From assembly GCA_046331705.1 (NCBI GenBank), contig JAXLQJ010000003.1, positions 1-64,000 on the forward strand: DNA of 64,000 nt, written 5' to 3'. This stretch comes from a bacterium (GTDB lineage: Bacteria; JADJOY01). A model generated the notes under the pieces. That model was not told the origin of the DNA. It saw nothing but the letters and a program-made list of their open reading frames with translations, and did not search any database. Position numbers and translations under genes: made by a program. Positions 40,445 to 51,217 of this stretch are shown one piece after another; position 1 is the first letter of the stretch; each line of letters opens with the position of its first letter.

Positions 40445-41866
40445 ATGCGCGTGCTGCTGATCATGGCCGATGCCCAGATGCACAAGTTTCATCTGGGTGG
40501 ACGCGTGCGGTCGTCGCGCGAGGCTCCGCTCTCGCTCTCGGTGCTCGCGGCGCTCACCGCCGATCAACCCGAAGTCGAGTACACGTGCGTCGACGAGAGC
40601 GTCGACTCCGTTCCGCTCGACTTCCCCGCCGATCTCGTCGGCATCAGCGTCCTCACCGGCACGGCGCGGCGCTGCTACGCGCTGGCCGACCATTTCCGTC
40701 GCCGCGGCATCCCGGTGGTGCTGGGTGGCGCGCACGTCACGATCCTGCCCGAGGAAGCGGCTCGCTTCGCCGACAGCATCGTGGTGGGCATGGCCGAGCG
40801 CACCTGGCCCGAGCTGATCCGCGACTTCCGCGCCGGCCGCCTAGAGCCCGCCTACCACGAGCCCGCGCCTGCTTCCGAGGAGGAGCGGCTGTGGGCCACC
40901 GGCATCCCCACGCCGCGCTGGGAGCTCATGCGCGAGAGCGGCTACATGATGCCGTACACGGTGCACGCCACCCGCGGCTGCGTGCACACCTGCGATTTCT
41001 GCTCGGTGAGCGGAGTCTGGAAGCGCTACCAGAAGCGACCGGTCGCCGACGTGATCCGCGACATCCGCGCCATCCCGCGCGGCCGTTTCGCGCTCAACGA
41101 CGTGAGCCCCTTCGAGGACCTCGACTACACCAAGGAGCTGCTCACGGCGATGATCCCGCTCGGGAAGACCTGGGGCGGGCTCGCGACCACGCGCATCGTC
41201 GACGACCCGGAAGTCATGGAGCTGCTGCGCAAGAGCGGTTGCCGCTTCCTGCTCATCGGCTTCGAGTCGAGCCAGCAGCGCACGCTCAACACGATCCACA
41301 AGGGCTTCAACCGCGGCGCCAACTACGACGAGGTGATGCGCCGATTGCACGCTGCGGGCATCGTCGTGCAGGGCTGCTTCGTGCTGGGCTTCGACAACGA
41401 CGGCCCCGACTGCTTCCGGCGCACCGTCGACGAGGTTCAGCGACTCAAGATCGACATTCCGCGCTTCTCGCTCTACACGCCCTACCCCGGCACCCAGCTC
41501 TTCGGCCGCCTCGAGAAGGAGGGCCGAATCTTGAGCTACGACTGGGCGGACTACGACACCATGCACGTCGTGTTTCGCCCCAAGCTGATGTCGCCCGCCG
41601 AGCTCTACGAAGGCTTCCGCTGGACCTACCGCCGGACCTTCGCCATCCGCTCCATCCTCGAGCGCACCTTGGCGGTGGGAAAGAACTTTCCGATCGCGTT
41701 CTCGGGCAATCTCACGTACCGGCTCTACGTGAAGCGGCTGATGCGTGCGCGCGGCTTCGAGATGCCCCTGCTCGGACCCGCGCCACCGGTGCCCCACGGC
41801 GGCGCCTCGGACGCGCGCTTCGCCGCCGGCGAGCGCTCCGAGCTTCCAATCGCGCAAGCCGGTTGA
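40445..41866 (+). CDS. B12-binding radical SAM protein
   Basis: VVLGGAHVTILPEE, TRGCVHTCDFC, IGFES, TPYPGT. Confidence 0.93.
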   Translation: MRVLLIMADAQMHKFHLGGRVRSSREAPLSLSVLAALTADQPEVEYTCVDESVDSVPLDFPADLVGISVLTGTARRCYALADHFRRRGIPVVLGGAHVTILPEEAARFADSIVVGMAERTWPELIRDFRAGRLEPAYHEPAPASEEERLWATGIPTPRWELMRESGYMMPYTVHATRGCVHTCDFCSVSGVWKRYQKRPVADVIRDIRAIPRGRFALNDVSPFEDLDYTKELLTAMIPLGKTWGGLATTRIVDDPEVMELLRKSGCRFLLIGFESSQQRTLNTIHKGFNRGANYDEVMRRLHAAGIVVQGCFVLGFDNDGPDCFRRTVDEVQRLKIDIPRFSLYTPYPGTQLFGRLEKEGRILSYDWADYDTMHVVFRPKLMSPAELYEGFRWTYRRTFAIRSILERTLAVGKNFPIAFSGNLTYRLYVKRLMRARGFEMPLLGPAPPVPHGGASDARFAAGERSELPIAQAG

Positions 41867-41905
41867 GCGACGTGGCTCGGCGCCCCGTCGAGCCGAGGAG
41901 GAACG

Positions 41906-43267
41906 ATGCGGATCGCGCTGATTCAGCCCGCGATGGGCCGCGACGGCTCGCGTTTCGTCACGTCGTGGAAGATGGAGCCCTTGAGCATGGCGACCCTCGC
42001 CGCGCTCACTCCCCCGGAGCACGAGGTGGTGTTCTGGGACGATCGCGTCGAGCCCATCCCCTACGACGAGCGCGTGGACCTCGCGGCGATCACGCTGGAG
42101 GCCTACACCGCGCGCCGCGCGTATCAGATCGCCGCGCGCTTCCGGGCGCGCGGCGTGCCCGTGGTCCTCGGTGGCTATCACGCGACGTTCCTCCCCGACG
42201 AGGCCGCCCAGCACGCCGACGCGGTGCTCGTCGGCGAAGCCGAGGACGTGTGGGGCACGATCGTCGCCGACGCGGCACGCGGAGCGCTGGCGCCGCGCTA
42301 CCGCTCGACGGCCCGTCCCTCGCTGCGCGCGCGGCGGCCCGATCGCAGCATCTTCGCCAACAAGCGCTACCTGCCGCTCACGCTGGTCGAGTCGGGGCGC
42401 GGCTGCATGTACGCATGCGATTTCTGCTCGATCTCGGCCTTCTACGGGAAGACCTTCGAAGCGCGGCCGGCCAAGGAGGTCGCCGCGGAGATCGAGGCCA
42501 CCGGTCGCAAGTGGATCTTCCTGGTGGACGACAACGTGTCGATGGACGTCGAGCGAACCAAGGAGCTCTGCCGCGAGCTGATCCCGCTCGGCGTGCGCTG
42601 GTTCAGTCAAGCGACCATCAACACCGGCAACGACCCCGAGCTGCTTCGGCTGCTCGAGAAGAGCGGCTGCGCCGGCATCCTGGTGGGCTTCGAGTCGATC
42701 GACGAGCACAACCTGAAGGCGATGAACAAGACCTTCAACAAGGGGCCGCACCACTACCGCGACGCGCTCGCGGGGCTCAGCGACCACGGCATCAAGATCT
42801 ACGCGACATTCGTGTTCGGCTATGACACCGATCCTCCCGACATCTTCCGGCGTACGTTGGACTTCGCCCTGGAAGAGCGCTTCTTCGTCGCCGCGTTCAA
42901 CCATCTGCAGCCCTTCCCCGGAACGCCGCTCTACCAGCGCTTCGAGCGCGAGGGCCGCCTGCTCCATCCGCGCTGGTGGCTCGAGCCGGGTTACCGCTTC
43001 GGCCAGCTCGCGTATCGCCCGCGGAACCTCTCGCCCGAGGCGCTCTACGACGAGCTCATGAAGACCCGGCGCGAGTTCTACAGCGCGCGCAACATCCTCG
43101 CCCGCGCGCGCAACGTGCGCGCCAACCTCCTCGGCCCGGGAACCGGCTGGCTCCACTTCGTGGTCAACGGGCTGTTGCGGAAAGAGCTCCACGACAAGTG
43201 GGCGACACCCCTCGGCGACCTGAGCGAGCCTTCGCCCGTCGCGGCGTTCCCGGCCCACGCCGCGTGA
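41906..43267 (+). CDS. B12-binding radical SAM protein
   Basis: VVLGGYHATFLPDE, GRGCMYACDFC, FLVDDN, VGFES, QPFPGT; RBS GAGGAGG. Confidence 0.93.
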   Translation: MRIALIQPAMGRDGSRFVTSWKMEPLSMATLAALTPPEHEVVFWDDRVEPIPYDERVDLAAITLEAYTARRAYQIAARFRARGVPVVLGGYHATFLPDEAAQHADAVLVGEAEDVWGTIVADAARGALAPRYRSTARPSLRARRPDRSIFANKRYLPLTLVESGRGCMYACDFCSISAFYGKTFEARPAKEVAAEIEATGRKWIFLVDDNVSMDVERTKELCRELIPLGVRWFSQATINTGNDPELLRLLEKSGCAGILVGFESIDEHNLKAMNKTFNKGPHHYRDALAGLSDHGIKIYATFVFGYDTDPPDIFRRTLDFALEERFFVAAFNHLQPFPGTPLYQRFEREGRLLHPRWWLEPGYRFGQLAYRPRNLSPEALYDELMKTRREFYSARNILARARNVRANLLGPGTGWLHFVVNGLLRKELHDKWATPLGDLSEPSPVAAFPAHAA

Positions 43268-43288
43268 CGCGGCCCCCGCGCCGATCGA

Positions 43289-44056
43289 TCAGCGGGTCGC
43301 GGACACCAGCGCGAACGGGACGCCGTGCGGATCGAGCGCCTGCACGATCCAGCTTCCGCCCGGCACCTCGTGCGGTCCCATCAGCAGCTGGCCACCCTGG
43401 GCGCGAATCCGTTCGATGGCGGCGTCGATCCCATCGACGCTCACGTAGAAGCCCCACGACGAAACCGGCACGTTCTCGGGCTTGTCCATCATGCCGCCCA
43501 TCTGCACGCCGTCGGCGCCGAAGATCCGGTATTTCCCCATCGGCCCCATGTCCATCAGGTCGAGCGTCTCCCAGCCGAATTGCTCGGCGTAGAAGCGAAA
43601 CGCCGCCTCCTGACCGATGCTCGAGTAGAGCTCGTGCCAGCTCACCACGCCAGGCGTGGTGGGTGGCACCGGGGGCGGCACGTCGTCGCGCGGCGACGGT
43701 GTGAGCAGCTGGAACACCGCGCCGCCTGGATCCGCGACCACGGCGAAGCGGCCGACGTTCGGGATGTCGTCGGGACCATGGTGGAGGGTGCCTCCGGCAG
43801 CGACGATGCGATGGGCGGCGGCGTCCGTGTCGGGCACCGCCACGTAGCCGAGCCACGCCGCTGGCGCCCCCTCGGCCGGCAGCGTCATCATGCCGCCCAC
43901 GCCACGGGAACCCGCCGAGAGGATCGTGTAGCGCATGCCGGGTTGCGCGGCGTCGCTCATCCCCCAACCCACCACCGCGCCGTAGAACGCCTGGGCGGCA
44001 TCGAGGTCGCGCGTCTGAAGCTCGTACCAGAAGAACCTGGGGTGTGTGCCGCTCAT
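43289..44056 (-). CDS. VOC/glyoxalase family protein (two domains)
   Basis: FFWYEL.T.D...AQAFY..VVGW, GRFAVVADPGGA; second domain WHEL...DPHGVPFAL. Confidence 0.93.
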   Translation of the reverse strand: MSGTHPRFFWYELQTRDLDAAQAFYGAVVGWGMSDAAQPGMRYTILSAGSRGVGGMMTLPAEGAPAAWLGYVAVPDTDAAAHRIVAAGGTLHHGPDDIPNVGRFAVVADPGGAVFQLLTPSPRDDVPPPVPPTTPGVVSWHELYSSIGQEAAFRFYAEQFGWETLDLMDMGPMGKYRIFGADGVQMGGMMDKPENVPVSSWGFYVSVDGIDAAIERIRAQGGQLLMGPHEVPGGSWIVQALDPHGVPFALVSATR

Positions 44057-44213
44057 CGTGCCTCCCGTTGGGATACGCGCACGGTCCGTGGGCCGATGGC
44101 GGCCCGCGCGCTCGTCTGATTCGCCAAGCTGGCCGCGCCGATCTCGCTCGTCCAGCGCGGGTGATCGAGCGACGCGCAGCGCACGCGACGTTCACCCGTG
44201 CGGCGCGCTGCGG

Positions 44214-45524
44214 TCACGGCAGGGCCGCCGTGGCCCCCGCCGGAAAGGTCGGCGGGATGGGTCCTGGATTCGTGATGCCGAGGGCGAAGAGCTGGGCCAT
44301 CGCGGCGAGGCCCAGCTCGTCGACCTCCGCGGGATCGTACGTGCCCGCGCTCTCGATCGCCGCGAGCCGCCGATCCAGCCCCACGAGGGACTCACGCTGC
44401 GAACGGCCGAGATCGGGCAGCGCCTCCAGCACGCCACGGATCGGCGTTCGAAACGCCGCGAGATCGGCGGCGGCGATCGGTGGCGATTCCACGAACGGGT
44501 AACGCTCCGTGTCGTTGGCCACCCCATCGACGAGCGCCGCCAGCACGCGCACCGACTCGAGCAGCACCTCGTACTCGATCGTGGCGGGCTCGTCGGTGAT
44601 CTGGTGATAGAAGCTGAAACCCGGGTTGACGAACCAGACCGCGGGAAAGCCCTCGTTCAGGAACGGATCGTGATCGCTCGCGAACGGAGGGTGGGGGATC
44701 AGATCCCGATGCGCGATCAAGACGTCGTGGCTGCCGAGACGCGCACGGCTCGCCTCCACGCGCTCGCGCAGCGCCGGGCTGTGCTCGAGGCCGAAGAGCG
44801 CGGTGAACGCGTAGCCCGGCACGAGCCCGCGACCGATGGGATCGAGCGAGATGCCGAGCACGATGCCGTCGCGCGGCACGGTGGGATTCTTGGCGAAGGC
44901 GCGCGCGCCGCGCAGCCCCGACTCCTCTTCGTCGGTGATCAGCCACACCACGGTGCGCGCGGGTGCGTAGCCGCTGGCCCGCAGCGCGCGCGCCAGCTCC
45001 AGCATGGTGGCCACACCCGCCACGTCGTCGTACGCACCGTTGAACACGTGCTGGAACGAATCGCGACCGAGGTGGTCGTAATGCGCCATCACCACCACCG
45101 ACTCCTCGCGATGATCGGGATCGCTGCCGAGCAGCAATCCGACGACGTCGTGGCCCGTGGGATACGGGTAGAGGTACCGGGGATGGGGCTCGGAGGGATA
45201 GAGGTAGAGATAGCTCGTGCCGTCGACGCCGCCGCGCTCCACCTGAGCCCGCGACAGCGCATCGATCACGTAGTCGCGGGCGCGGCGATGCCCCGCGCTG
45301 CCTGGGAGCCGCCCGTCGGTATCGTCGCTGGCGAGCGCCTCGACGTGGGCGCGCAGACTCTCCGCGGAGATCGAGGCGAGCGCCTGTCGCAGCGCACGCC
45401 CACGCTGCTGCTCCAGCGTCTCGCGCCCGCCACCCGAGCAGCCCACGGCGAGCACCACGGCCAGCACCGCCCCAGCGCCACCGCGCTGCGCGCGCCCGGC
45501 GGCATCCCTCCGAAGGAGTCGCAT
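44214..45524 (-). CDS. M28 family metallopeptidase lipoprotein
   Basis: Lipobox AVGC; LASDDTDGR, MAHYDHLG, NGAYDD..GVA, EESGLRG, SDH, YHQITD. Confidence 0.9.
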   Translation of the reverse strand: MRLLRRDAAGRAQRGGAGAVLAVVLAVGCSGGGRETLEQQRGRALRQALASISAESLRAHVEALASDDTDGRLPGSAGHRRARDYVIDALSRAQVERGGVDGTSYLYLYPSEPHPRYLYPYPTGHDVVGLLLGSDPDHREESVVVMAHYDHLGRDSFQHVFNGAYDDVAGVATMLELARALRASGYAPARTVVWLITDEEESGLRGARAFAKNPTVPRDGIVLGISLDPIGRGLVPGYAFTALFGLEHSPALRERVEASRARLGSHDVLIAHRDLIPHPPFASDHDPFLNEGFPAVWFVNPGFSFYHQITDEPATIEYEVLLESVRVLAALVDGVANDTERYPFVESPPIAAADLAAFRTPIRGVLEALPDLGRSQRESLVGLDRRLAAIESAGTYDPAEVDELGLAAMAQLFALGITNPGPIPPTFPAGATAALP

Positions 45525-45608
45525 GGGCGCAGGATTCAATCGATCCACCCGAGCGGTCAAGGCTCGCTCGGGGACCGCAGACCGCGGGCAACGGCGTACC
45601 ACGGCACG

Positions 45609-47144
45609 CTGCGGTGCGCGCGCCGGCTGCCGCTCGTGCTCGCGGCGTACGTTGCGTGGGCGACGAGCGCGGCCGGTTGCGGCGGCGATTCGCTCCCAGC
45701 GCTCGTACCGGGCGCACCGTCGGTGCTGCACGTCGCGGACGCGCGCATTCGCGACGAGCAGGACCGCACCGTGCTGCTGCGCGGCCCCGCGGTGATCGGT
45801 CTCGGCGACTACTTCCAGGGCAACCCCGAGGTTCCGTCTTCCGCCGGCGTGAGCGAGCGCGACCTCGACCAGATCGCGGCGCTCGGGATGAGCGCGATCC
45901 GGTTGCTCGTTCACTGGAGCGCCCTCGAGCCCGCTCGCGGCACGTTCAGCGAGGCCTACCTGGAGCGCGTTCGACGCGTGGTCGACTGGGCGCGCGCGCG
46001 GGGGCTCTACGTGATCCTCGACATGCACCAGGACGCATGGGGGAAATTCGTGAACACGGCGCCGGACGAGGTCTGCCCCGAGCCGTTCGCGCCCAACCAG
46101 GGCTGGGACGGCGCTCCCGAGTGGGCGACCCTCACCGACGGCAAATGGCGCTGCCGCTTCCAGACGCGCGAGCTTTCCCCGGCGGTCATGACCGCGTGGG
46201 AGAGCTTCTGGAACGACCGCGACGGCATCCAGCAGGAGCTCGTCGACACCTGGGCGTGGCTCGCGCGGAGCTTCCGCGACGATCCCACGGTGGCGGGCTA
46301 CGACCTGCTCAACGAGCCCAACTGGGGACTCGACTACTCGTACACCGTGCTGTCGCGAAAGCCGGCGTTCCAAGCGCGTGCGTTGGCCGCGATCCGCTCG
46401 GCCGAGCGTCCGGAGCTGCGCAAGATCGTGTTCTTCGAGCCCACGGCGGTGTGGTCGGCGGTGCCGACCGAGACTCCGGTGCCCTTCACCGACGACGACT
46501 CGACCGTCTTCGCGCCGCACATCTACGCCGAGTCGATCACCGCCGATCTGGCCTTCTTCCCGGAACCCGTCTTCTTGTTGCGCGCGAGCTTCGAGGAGGC
46601 GAGGCGCGAGGCCGCGACGTACGGCACCACGTTCTGGTCCGGCGAGTGGGGCTGGTTCGGCGATCCGGCGAGCTCGTACACCGCGCGCTACGCCGCGCTC
46701 GAGGACGAGTTCCAGGTCGGCGGCGCGTGGTGGTCGTGGCGCGGCGCCTGCGGCGACCCCCATGCGGTGTCGTGGCCGAGCGGTGCGTACGGCGACTTCA
46801 ACGGCAACCTGCTGCTGAGCCGCTGCAAGGATCCGGCGAATCTCGCCGGCATCGAGGTCGGGCTCGTCGAGCCGAACGCGCGGGTGCTGTCGCGGCCGTA
46901 TCCGCGCCGCTTCCCGGGGCGCATCACCTTCACCTCCGACCCTGCGACGCGGCGCCTGGACCTGCGCGGCGAATCCCACGCCGGCGAGGCGCCCTTCGAG
47001 GTGTGGATCCCGGGCGACGGCGAGCCGGCGCTGACGCTCGCGGGCCTCGCTGCCGAGCCCCTCGAGCGCGTCGCGGGCGGCTGGATCCTGCGCGCGCGCC
47101 CCACGGCCGACACGATCACGCTCGTGGCCGTGGGCAGCGACTGA
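45609..47144 (+). CDS. GH5 endoglycoceramidase-like lipoprotein
   Basis: IRLLVHWSALEP, VILDMHQD, DGAPEWAT, GYDLLNEP, FAPHIY, GEWG, SRPYP C-terminal domain; start uncertain (45609-45636). Confidence 0.85.
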   Translation: MRCARRLPLVLAAYVAWATSAAGCGGDSLPALVPGAPSVLHVADARIRDEQDRTVLLRGPAVIGLGDYFQGNPEVPSSAGVSERDLDQIAALGMSAIRLLVHWSALEPARGTFSEAYLERVRRVVDWARARGLYVILDMHQDAWGKFVNTAPDEVCPEPFAPNQGWDGAPEWATLTDGKWRCRFQTRELSPAVMTAWESFWNDRDGIQQELVDTWAWLARSFRDDPTVAGYDLLNEPNWGLDYSYTVLSRKPAFQARALAAIRSAERPELRKIVFFEPTAVWSAVPTETPVPFTDDDSTVFAPHIYAESITADLAFFPEPVFLLRASFEEARREAATYGTTFWSGEWGWFGDPASSYTARYAALEDEFQVGGAWWSWRGACGDPHAVSWPSGAYGDFNGNLLLSRCKDPANLAGIEVGLVEPNARVLSRPYPRRFPGRITFTSDPATRRLDLRGESHAGEAPFEVWIPGDGEPALTLAGLAAEPLERVAGGWILRARPTADTITLVAVGSD

Positions 47145-47269
47145 GCGCTCGCCCATCCGGGCCGCCCATCCGGGCTGCTTGCCCATCGGACGGTGCTGGA
47201 GCGACAAGGGCGACACGGGCGATCCTCTGGTCGCACCGCGTGCGCGCTCCGCCGCGCGAGGGAAGAGCG

Positions 47270-48556
47270 ATGCGAGGTCGTTGGCCGAGCCGTTACGCCG
47301 TTTGCGCCGTCGTGATCGTGGCCGCCATCGCGGACCCGGCGGGTGCGGTCACCCGCCGCGCGTTCGTGACCTCGTCGGCGGGCACCGGCAACTTCGCGAG
47401 CTGGCCAGGCAATTACGACGGTGGGCTCACCGGCATCGCGGCCGCCAACTCGATCTGTCAGACCACGGCGTTCTTCTCGAGCCTCACGGGGGTGGCGTCC
47501 GCGTTCCTCTCCTATCGCGCCTGGGTCTCCGTCTCCGGTACCGACGCCTACTGCAACGTGCTCGGGCTCACCGGCACCGTGGAAGGCAATTGCGGCCAGG
47601 TCGGCGTGCTCCCGCAAGGCGGGCCGTGGCGCCTCTCCAACGGCGCCACGCTCTTCACCGAGACCCTCGACGAGGTGGTGAACGGCAATCCCAAGATCTA
47701 CTTTCCGGCGCTCGCCGACGAGAACTTCACGCTCTTCACCGACGTCACGGACGCGCAGTACTGGACCGGCACCGGCAAGGACGGCATCGGAGGAGTCGCC
47801 AACTGCAACGACTGGACGTCGAGCCTCGCCGGGACCAACGGTGAGCTCGGCACGGGGCTCGGTACCTCGGTGCTCTGGACCGACGTCCGATCCCTGCCCT
47901 GCGACCAGCCGCGACGCCTGCTCTGCATGGAGATGGGCGCGGGCGATCCCGCGTCGAGCAGCTGGACGTCACCGGGCTCGATCGTGTTCGTGACGTCGGA
48001 CCAGCATCCCGCCAAGCTCGGCAACGATCCACTGGCGGGCTCGGAGGTGGGTGTCGCCGCTGGCGACGCGATCTGCCAGGCGCGCGCCAGCGCCGCGCAC
48101 CTGCCGGCGCCGAGCTCCTTCGTCGCGTGGCTCTCGGACTCCTCCACCGAACCCTCCACGCGCATCACCTCGAGCGGCCCGTTTCGCCGCATCGACGGCA
48201 TCGCGGTGGCGTCCTCGAAGGCCGATCTCGTGGACGGCGCACTCACGACCACCATCCATCAGACGGAGGTCGGCACGTATCTCGACAGCTCCTCCACGTT
48301 CCTGAGCGGCACCGACGCGTTCGGGCATTCGAATGGCGACGACTGCAACGGCTGGACCACCAGCTCGGGGTTGCTCGCGGGCCTCGGCACCGCCGCGCTC
48401 GCACGCACCGCCGACTGGTCCGAGAGTCCCACCGGTGGCGTCGGCAACTGTGCAAGCTCGGCCCGACTGGTGTGCATCGCGAACACCGTGACGGTGTTCT
48501 GGGACGGCTTCGACTACACGGGCGATACCGCGCGCTGGTCGGGGAGCTCGCCCTGA
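47270..48556 (+). CDS. Secreted protein with two DUF1554-like (endostatin-like) domains and FxDGFD tail
   Basis: 2x FVTS...G.AA[AG][ND].ICQ...AW[VL]S...GT...G...CN.WT; ends VFWDGFDYTGDTARWSGSSP. Confidence 0.75.
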   Translation: MRGRWPSRYAVCAVVIVAAIADPAGAVTRRAFVTSSAGTGNFASWPGNYDGGLTGIAAANSICQTTAFFSSLTGVASAFLSYRAWVSVSGTDAYCNVLGLTGTVEGNCGQVGVLPQGGPWRLSNGATLFTETLDEVVNGNPKIYFPALADENFTLFTDVTDAQYWTGTGKDGIGGVANCNDWTSSLAGTNGELGTGLGTSVLWTDVRSLPCDQPRRLLCMEMGAGDPASSSWTSPGSIVFVTSDQHPAKLGNDPLAGSEVGVAAGDAICQARASAAHLPAPSSFVAWLSDSSTEPSTRITSSGPFRRIDGIAVASSKADLVDGALTTTIHQTEVGTYLDSSSTFLSGTDAFGHSNGDDCNGWTTSSGLLAGLGTAALARTADWSESPTGGVGNCASSARLVCIANTVTVFWDGFDYTGDTARWSGSSP

Positions 48557-48632
48557 GCCGGCGCCGCCGAACGCGTGTCGCCGGCGTGCCGCTGGCGCGC
48601 GGATCGCATCGCGCCGGACCCCATCCTTGCCC

Positions 48633-49475
48633 ATGACCTCCGCCATCGGCCGCCGCGCGTTCGTGCGAGCGAGCGGTGCGTTCGGCGTGCTGGCGCTGCT
48701 CCCCGATTGCGGCAACGGCGGCTCGACGGACGGCGGGCGCTTCCTCGATCGCCACGAGCTCGAGACGCTGCGCGCGGTCACGGCCCGCCTGATTCCCGGG
48801 CCGCCCGAGGATCCCGATCCCGGCGCGGTCGAAGCGGGCGCCGCCGAGGCCATCGACCGACTCCTCGGCGCGTTCACGTTCCGCGTCCCGCCGATCCATG
48901 CGGGCGGCCCCTTCTCCGACCGCGCCGGCGCGACGCACGACGATTTCGCCTCGTTCGTGCCGCTCGACGCGTAGACCGAGCTCGGCTGGCGCATCCGCAT
49001 CGAGGGCTCGCGCGGCCTGCCCGAGCGCGAGCTCGCCGGTCCCGGGGTCGGGTTGCAGGAGGTTTACCGTGCGGGGCTCGCGCGCCTGGACGTACGTGCG
49101 CGCGAGCGCGCCGGCGTCGCGTTCGTCGCGCTCCCGAGCACCGAGCAAGACGCACTGCTCGGCGACCGCGGCGACGACGCGTTGCAGGAATTCGTCGGCA
49201 CGGCGCTGATGAACACCCTCGAGGCGACGTACGGTCCACCCGAGTACGGCGGCAATCGCGACGGCGTCGGATGGCTCGCGGCACGCTGGGACGGCGACGT
49301 CGAGCCGCGCGGCTACGACGACGCGGAGGTGAGCGAACCGAGCGGCGTCACGACCACGCTCGACGCCGCCTCCGCGGCGGCGCTAGTCGAGCGCTTCCTG
49401 GGCGCGCTCGCCGCCTCGCGCCTGCGGCACGCGGGCGCCATCCCGTCGCGACGCTCCTCGCGGGTCGCGCGATGA
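48633..49475 (+). pseudogene. Gluconate-2-dehydrogenase subunit 3-like Tat protein with in-frame TAG at 48972-48974
   Basis: Tat GRRAF; ARLIP...DPGAVEAG; the same frame continues after TAG to EATYGPPEYGGNRDGVGW and overlaps the GMC start (ATGA). Confidence 0.8.
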
Positions 49476-51205
49476 GCCAGCGCTCGGTGGTCATCGTCGG
49501 CTCGGGCGCCGGCGGAAGCGTCGCCGCGTGGGCGCTCGCCACCGCCGGCTGGTCGGTGCTGGTGCTCGAGAAGGGGCGCAATCTCTTTCCTGGCCTCGGC
49601 ACGGCTGCCGGCTACCGCTCGCTCTTCGGCAACGACGAGGTCAAGGCCAGCCGCTACTTCGAGAACCAGGACGTGAACCTGGAGCCGCGCAGCGCGCGCA
49701 CCCAGGCGGAGGCTGCCGCGGGCACGGCGCGCTCGTTCGTCGGCGACGTCAACAACCTCCCCACCACCGTGGGCGGCGGCACGGTGCATTGGGACGCCAA
49801 GACGCCGCGCTTCTGGAAGCAGGACTTCCAGGCGCTCTCGCTCCACGGCCCGGTGCCGGACGCGAACGTCGCCGACTGGCCGATCGGCTACGACGACCTG
49901 GCGCCCTATTACGACGAGGTCGAGGCTCGCCTGGGCGTCCAGGGCGACCTCGCCCGAATGCCCGCGACGACACTCGCGCAGGCACCGCGCACGCGCCCGT
50001 TCGCGATGCCGCCCAATCCCCCGATGTACGGCGGCACGCTGCTGGCGGAAGGCGCCAAGCGGCTCGGCTACCACGCCTATCCGTTCCCGATGGCGGTGAA
50101 CTCGCGCGAGTTCGACGGCCGGCCGCGCTGCAACTCGTGCGGCTTCTGCTCGGGCTTCGGCTGCCCGATCCTGGCGCGCGGCGATGCCGCCGTGTCGTTC
50201 CTTCACCAAGCGCTGCTGGCCGGCGCCGAGCTGCGCTCGCGCGCGTTCGTCCAGCGGATCGAGACCAGCAGCGACGGCAAGCGCGCCACGGGCGTCACGT
50301 ACCGCGACGAACGGGGCCGCGAAGAGCACGTCAGCGCCGACGTGGTGATCCTCGCGGCCTCGGCCATCGAGACCGCGCGCCTGATGCTGCTCTCGGCCAC
50401 CGCCGCGCACCCCGACGGGCTCGGCAACCGCTCGGGCCAGCTCGGCCGCAACCTCATGTTCCACTTCTTCACCCTCGGTATCGCGCTCTTCGAAGAGGAG
50501 GTCCATGCGTGGCGCGGCCCGTCGAGCACCTTCACGCTCGACGATTTCGTGGGGCCGGATCTCGGCCCGCGGCTCGGCTCCGCGGCGAAGGACGCGGGCC
50601 TGCCGTACCTCAAGGGTGGGATCCTGGAGGTGGGCGGCGCTTTCCTGCTGCTGCAGGAGGCCGAGCTCTACGCCTCGTTGCCGGGAGTGTGGGGAAAGCC
50701 GCTCAAGGACCTGATCCGACGCGGGCTGATCCGGAACCACACCGCTGGTGTGTCGATGGTCGGCGAGGACATGCCCCAACTGGGGAATCGCGTGGACCTC
50801 GATCCCGAGATCCGGGACGTGTTCGGCCTACCCGTGCCGCGCGTCACACGCAGCGCCCATCGCTTCGAGATCGCGGCCTCGAAGGCGATCGGCCCGGAGC
50901 TGGGTGCGATCTGCAAGGCCGCGCCCGGCGCGACGGCGGGCTTCTGGGTTCCGATCGGCCTGCTCGCGGAGTGGACCGCGTCGAGCCAGCTCTTAGCCGG
51001 GCCCGCCTCGACCGCGCACATCCTGGGGACGGCGCGCATGGGAAGCGATCCCTCGACCTCGGTGGTCGACGGCTTCGGTCGCGTGCACGAGCTCGACAAC
51101 CTGCACGTCGCCGACGGCGCGGTGTTCGCGACCTCGGGTGGGTTCAACCCGACGCTCACGATCATGGCGCTGGCGTTGCGCATGGCGCAGCACCTCGGCG
51201 CGTGA
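49472..51205 (+). CDS. GMC family oxidoreductase
   Basis: IVGSGAGG, VGGGTVHW, DWPIGYDDLAPYY, CNSCGFCSGFGC, HILGTARMG, NPTLTIMALA. Confidence 0.95.
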   Translation: MSQRSVVIVGSGAGGSVAAWALATAGWSVLVLEKGRNLFPGLGTAAGYRSLFGNDEVKASRYFENQDVNLEPRSARTQAEAAAGTARSFVGDVNNLPTTVGGGTVHWDAKTPRFWKQDFQALSLHGPVPDANVADWPIGYDDLAPYYDEVEARLGVQGDLARMPATTLAQAPRTRPFAMPPNPPMYGGTLLAEGAKRLGYHAYPFPMAVNSREFDGRPRCNSCGFCSGFGCPILARGDAAVSFLHQALLAGAELRSRAFVQRIETSSDGKRATGVTYRDERGREEHVSADVVILAASAIETARLMLLSATAAHPDGLGNRSGQLGRNLMFHFFTLGIALFEEEVHAWRGPSSTFTLDDFVGPDLGPRLGSAAKDAGLPYLKGGILEVGGAFLLLQEAELYASLPGVWGKPLKDLIRRGLIRNHTAGVSMVGEDMPQLGNRVDLDPEIRDVFGLPVPRVTRSAHRFEIAASKAIGPELGAICKAAPGATAGFWVPIGLLAEWTASSQLLAGPASTAHILGTARMGSDPSTSVVDGFGRVHELDNLHVADGAVFATSGGFNPTLTIMALALRMAQHLGA

Positions 51206-51217
51206 GCCCGCGAGAGG

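Noticed and set aside
48972-49060. Pyrrolysine or genome-wide TAG recoding
   Set aside because: TAG ends several genes here and no pyl machinery is visible; kept only as a nonsense/readthrough query.
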